Shown one piece after another: positions 61,062 through 64,000 of a DNA stretch of 64,000 bases. Every line of letters begins with the position of its first letter. Position 1 is the stretch's first letter. The stretch comes from Candidatus Saccharimonadales bacterium (GTDB lineage Bacteria; Patescibacteriota; Saccharimonadia; Saccharimonadales; UBA10212). The stretch is from NCBI GenBank assembly GCA_035758565.1, contig DASTXL010000001.1, positions 203,242 to 267,241 on the forward strand, in the 5' to 3' direction. The position numbers and the translations under genes are program-made. Below the pieces are notes generated by a model. That model searched no databases. It was given only the letters and a program-made list of their open reading frames with translations, and was not told the origin of the DNA.

Positions 61062-62184
61062 GGCGCTTGATTGCCTGTTCGTAAATAGCCAGATACTGTT
61101 CGGCAACAATCGGATAGTCAAATTGCTTTACATAATTCAGAGCCCACTCGCGCCAAATCTGCCTGATCTTTTCGTCAAACATCATTATTTCTAGGCGGCG
61201 AGCAAAATCAACTGTGTCCTTAGGATTAACGAGTGAAATAGCGCCGGTATCGATTAATGTGCTCTGGTAGCCAGCATTGTCGCCCGCTACCAGCGGCAAA
61301 CCGGCCGCCATTGCTTCTAGAAGCACGATGCCGAAGCTTTCGCCGTAGACCGCCGGCGAGCAAAATAGATCGCTCTCATGAAGATAACGAACTTTGTCCT
61401 CTTCGCTAATAAAGCCCAGGAACTCCACCCTAGGGATAGATTGATCGGCTACAAATTCTTTTAGTTTTTTATCATCCACGCCACTACCGGCAATTACCAG
61501 ACGAACGTCCTTGCGCTTTTTAGTTAAATCATGAAAAGCCTGCAGGAGGTATTTAACACCTTTGCGGTTTTCTAGACGGCCCACATAAAAAATGGTTTTT
61601 GTATTGCTTTTTTTGCCTTTTGGCTTAGGAGTGTAAACTTGAAATTTAGCAAGATCTATACCGTTGGGCACAATGATGATCGGTCGGTGTGTAACGGCCC
61701 TGAACCAGTCAGTGGCCGGCTCCGAAACGGCAGTAAAAACATCAAAGTGTTTAACCATTGACTTAACGTATGGAGTTACCACCGTGGTGACAGTTTTGGC
61801 TGTCAGCGTTTCCCAAAATCGTCCATGCTGAGTGCCAACCGTCGCCATATTGGCCCTGCCTAGCAGTTGGCGGCTCCAAAACGGAATCCAGGGCTCGTGG
61901 AAGTGCAGTACGTCGAACTGCTCGCGCTGAAAGACCTCGTCGATCGCGTCATTATCAACGCTAAAAGACCATTGCCAAGCGCTACCGGCAAAGGCCGTGG
62001 TACTCATTGAGGTGCCTAAGGTAATGATATGCTCGGGCACTTCGCCCTCGTAATCCCTGGGCATCGGCGTAATGATTTTAGCGTCATGGCCGCGAGCAGC
62101 GTACTCTTGCCGCAAAGCCGTAACGCATTCCTGAACACCGCCGCCGCGAAACATATGATAAGGACAAATTAGTGCTATTTTCAT
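61039..62184 (-). CDS. Glycosyltransferase family 4 (GT-B)
   Basis: MKIALICPY...GGVQE start and ESFGIVLLEAMAAG motif. Confidence 0.75.
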   Translation of the reverse strand: MKIALICPYHMFRGGGVQECVTALRQEYAARGHDAKIITPMPRDYEGEVPEHIITLGTSMSTTAFAGSAWQWSFSVDNDAIDEVFQREQFDVLHFHEPWIPFWSRQLLGRANMATVGTQHGRFWETLTAKTVTTVVTPYVKSMVKHFDVFTAVSEPATDWFRAVTHRPIIIVPNGIDLAKFQVYTPKPKGKKSNTKTIFYVGRLENRKGVKYLLQAFHDLTKKRKDVRLVIAGSGVDDKKLKEFVADQSIPRVEFLGFISEEDKVRYLHESDLFCSPAVYGESFGIVLLEAMAAGLPLVAGDNAGYQSTLIDTGAISLVNPKDTVDFARRLEIMMFDEKIRQIWREWALNYVKQFDYPIVAEQYLAIYEQAIKRHEEHAKA

Positions 62185-63170
62185 TTTTTTACCGTCCGCT
62201 TAGATGATCTCTTGGAAGATTGCTGGCTCTTTTTTGCCGTAGGGTTTTTGGCAAACGCCTTTCGCAGCCCGTCGGGCACGAATGGCGCGGCAGTTTTTTC
62301 GTCGGCAATGATTGTCGGAGCGTGGTTAGGATCTTTAGTGAAGAATACGTTCACGTCTGTAAATATCTGGCGGAAATGCTCCTCGACCTTTACGTGGTTA
62401 AAGTATCGGTCGTGCTGAGAAGCCACGTGATAAACCGGAAGATTTATGTGCTTGCCGCAATTGTTCAGATTAAACATTTCTACATTAGTTTTCATTTGAG
62501 TGCGAATATCATTGATCCGCCAGAGCACAATTTCCATATCCATGGTCTTGTTAAATTCGTCGCCAGACATTTTAGCTAATTTTTCTTTGGCAAAACGGGA
62601 GTGCTTGTAGGCACGGCGAAGGTAAAATGGCTGCAAAAACACGCCCTGAAAAAACGCCGCTGGAAGGCGTCTCGAAAATAGGCCGCAGACGAGTTTGTAC
62701 ATGCGCATGCGGCTCTTGGGAAATATAAAGTCATCATGGTGCGAAAATCCAACCACGCTCACCAGCATTTCGACACGGTCAGTTAGTTCGGGATATTTCT
62801 GAAGCATTCGGGTGGCGGTGGCAAAGCCCAAGCTCATGGCGACTATCGTAACTTTGCGCCGTTTGTACTTAAGTTTCATGAAGGCGGCCAGATAATCAGC
62901 CAGCTCATCAATAGTAGCCGTATGCCCGATTTTATATAGGCTGGCCATGCCGCCAAAACCAGGCATATCCGGCATTGTTACGTTGCCGTAATGGCTAAAC
63001 ACTTTAATCAAACCCCACCAGCGTTCCAAGCTAGAATGCTGACCGTAGACAAAAAGAATATCTCGATCGTATTTTTTATTTTGAGTAGGCAGGTACAGCA
63101 TACGGCCTTCGAGACCGTTGATATTAAGCGGCTGGATATAATCTGCCGCATCTAAGTTACGTTTTGGCAT
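62181..63170 (-). CDS. Alpha/beta-hydrolase fold protein
   Basis: AMSLG nucleophile-elbow-like motif, with typical size. Has a Lys/Ser-rich C-terminal tail. Confidence 0.45.
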   Translation of the reverse strand: MPKRNLDAADYIQPLNINGLEGRMLYLPTQNKKYDRDILFVYGQHSSLERWWGLIKVFSHYGNVTMPDMPGFGGMASLYKIGHTATIDELADYLAAFMKLKYKRRKVTIVAMSLGFATATRMLQKYPELTDRVEMLVSVVGFSHHDDFIFPKSRMRMYKLVCGLFSRRLPAAFFQGVFLQPFYLRRAYKHSRFAKEKLAKMSGDEFNKTMDMEIVLWRINDIRTQMKTNVEMFNLNNCGKHINLPVYHVASQHDRYFNHVKVEEHFRQIFTDVNVFFTKDPNHAPTIIADEKTAAPFVPDGLRKAFAKNPTAKKSQQSSKRSSKRTVKK

Positions 63171-63372
63171 GTCCGTTTAATTATAAATTGTTAGAGCCTA
63201 TCTGTAAAAGCCTAGACTAAAGCTTGCGCAGCGTATAAAATAACCTCTGTTCTTCGTCTTGTTCTGCAAAACAAAATCATGAGAGGATTCATGATTTTGA
63301 GAGGAGGAATCTAGCGACAAGCCGAAGCTTTTGCCGATAGGCAAAACGAGGCCAAAGCGCAAGTTCCGACGA

Positions 63373-63447
63373 TGGGACGTCGCCAAGTGGTAAGGCACCG
63401 GGTTTTGGTCCCGGTATTCGGGGGTTCGAATCCCTCCGTCCCAGCCA
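63373..63447 (+). tRNA. tRNA-Gln (anticodon UUG)
   Basis: Acceptor TGGGACG/CGTCCCA, 3-bp D stem, anticodon stem CCGGG/CCCGG with loop TTTTGGT, T-loop TTCGAAT, encoded CCA. Confidence 0.85.
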
Positions 63448-63600
63448 AGGCCGATAAATGGATCTTTAGGATTCGTTTGTCGGCCTTGATTTTTTAGATG
63501 GGATTCGAACGGGTTTGCCGGGGGCAAACCCCGAACCTAGCCCGGCGACCATGGGAGCCGGGTCGCCTTGGCAAAAGTAATTTTTCTTTTGCCGGCGAGG

Positions 63601-63621
63601 CGAATCCCTCCGTCCCAGCCA
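63601..63621 (+). repeat. Direct repeat of the tRNA-Gln 3' end (21/21 nt)
   Basis: CGAATCCCTCCGTCCCAGCCA is identical to 63427-63447. An inverted T-arm-like GGGATTCGAAC lies at 63500-63510. Confidence 0.9.
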
Positions 63622-63630
63622 TACAAAAAA

Positions 63631-63655
63631 CCGGACCATACTGGTCCGGTTTTTT
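63631..63655. terminator. Bidirectional terminator after the duplicated tRNA-Gln end
   Basis: CCGGACCA...TGGTCCGG stem flanked by an A-run and a T-run. Confidence 0.6.
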
Positions 63656-63679
63656 GTATGTTGATGTATAATTCACTCA

Positions 63680-64000
63680 ATGAAATCGGTGGTAATGTGC
63701 GGCGCAAGGCGCTTTAAGTCCGAGATTAGAGAGTTTGCCAAAGAGCTAAAAGCACAAGGTGTGTTCGTTTATGAGCCTTTTTTAACCAATTTCGACTGGG
63801 CCGAACTAGAAAAGCAGGATCCTTTAATCTCAGTCCTGGTAGCCACCGGCTTGACCCTTCACCATATTGAATTTATTAGAAAAGCCGATGTTACCTTCGT
63901 CTATAACAAGGGCGGGTATGCTGGAAATAGCGTGACTCTTGAGGTAGGAGCGGCAGCCGCGCTGCACAAATCAATTTATGCATTAGAGCATGATGAGGAA
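63680..64000 (+). CDS. Hypothetical protein, truncated by the window end
   Basis: The ATG at 63680 opens a frame that stays open to the window end (MKSVVMCGARRFKSEIREFAKELKAQGVFVYEPF...). It possibly resembles nucleoside 2-deoxyribosyltransferase, but this is not established. Confidence 0.35.
   Translation, partial: MKSVVMCGARRFKSEIREFAKELKAQGVFVYEPFLTNFDWAELEKQDPLISVLVATGLTLHHIEFIRKADVTFVYNKGGYAGNSVTLEVGAAAALHKSIYALEHDEE

Noticed and set aside
25858-63621. tRNA 3'-end duplications as a simple assembly artefact
   Set aside because: There are four independent loci with four different repeat sequences and different inserts, each with its own hairpins. A collapsed or duplicated-read artefact would not produce this pattern. 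Read-level confirmation is still advisable.
63198-63676. ORFs 63198-63527 (-) and 63494-63676 (-)
   Set aside because: They run antisense through tRNA-Gln, its duplicated end and a terminator hairpin, so they are not credible coding regions.

Overview
This 64-kb window looks like it comes from a small-genome, CPR/Patescibacteria-like bacterium, possibly Saccharibacteria-like. The reasons are that no L30 gene lies between rpsE and rplO, operons are compact with AAGGAGG Shine-Dalgarno (SD) sites, and many stand-alone genes look leaderless. This taxonomic call is an inference from the sequence alone.

The backbone is housekeeping:
- the S10-spc-alpha ribosomal-protein operon, rplC to rplO, then secY
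- infA-rpmJ-rpsM-rpsK-rpsD-rpoA-rplQ-rplM-rpsI
- rpmG-tRNA-Trp ... secE-nusG-rplK-rplA, and rplJ-rplL
- trpS, cysS, an rluD-like gene, holB, dnaX, dnaB, ybaB, recR and tdk
- a folA/thyX/dcd/tmk dTTP-synthesis cluster
- two DHH phosphoesterases, a glycosyltransferase/transporter envelope cluster, and five tRNAs (Thr-UGU, Tyr, Thr-GGU, Trp, Gln)

The conserved ribosomal gene order is broken repeatedly by insertions.

Most notable observations:
1. Eight copies of a ~75-90-nt covarying two-domain structured repeat sit at gene junctions in the ribosomal-protein operon. Seven of them are kept as short ORFs bridging the flanking genes; one of those is fused to the N-terminus of L5.
2. Four tRNA genes are each followed 150-176 nt downstream by a direct copy of their own last 18-22 nt.
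3. Two homing-endonuclease-like ORFs (PD-(D/E)XK and LAGLIDADG types) run into the 5' ends of tRNA genes.
4. A ~7.5-kb accessory island (40.2-47.7 kb) has seven cassettes, each preceded by the same ~35-nt GC-box/A6/extended -10 repeat. Its cargo includes a Doc toxin, a HEPN protein and a high-GC foreign gene, and it is punctuated by a ~135-260-nt repeat family.
5. Two high-GC, actinobacterial-looking segments are present.
6. The dTTP cluster contains a tandem-domain ThyX and a Tmk fused to a degenerate ThyX-like domain.

All protein calls rest on motifs and gene order recognised by eye. No database search or folding program was run.
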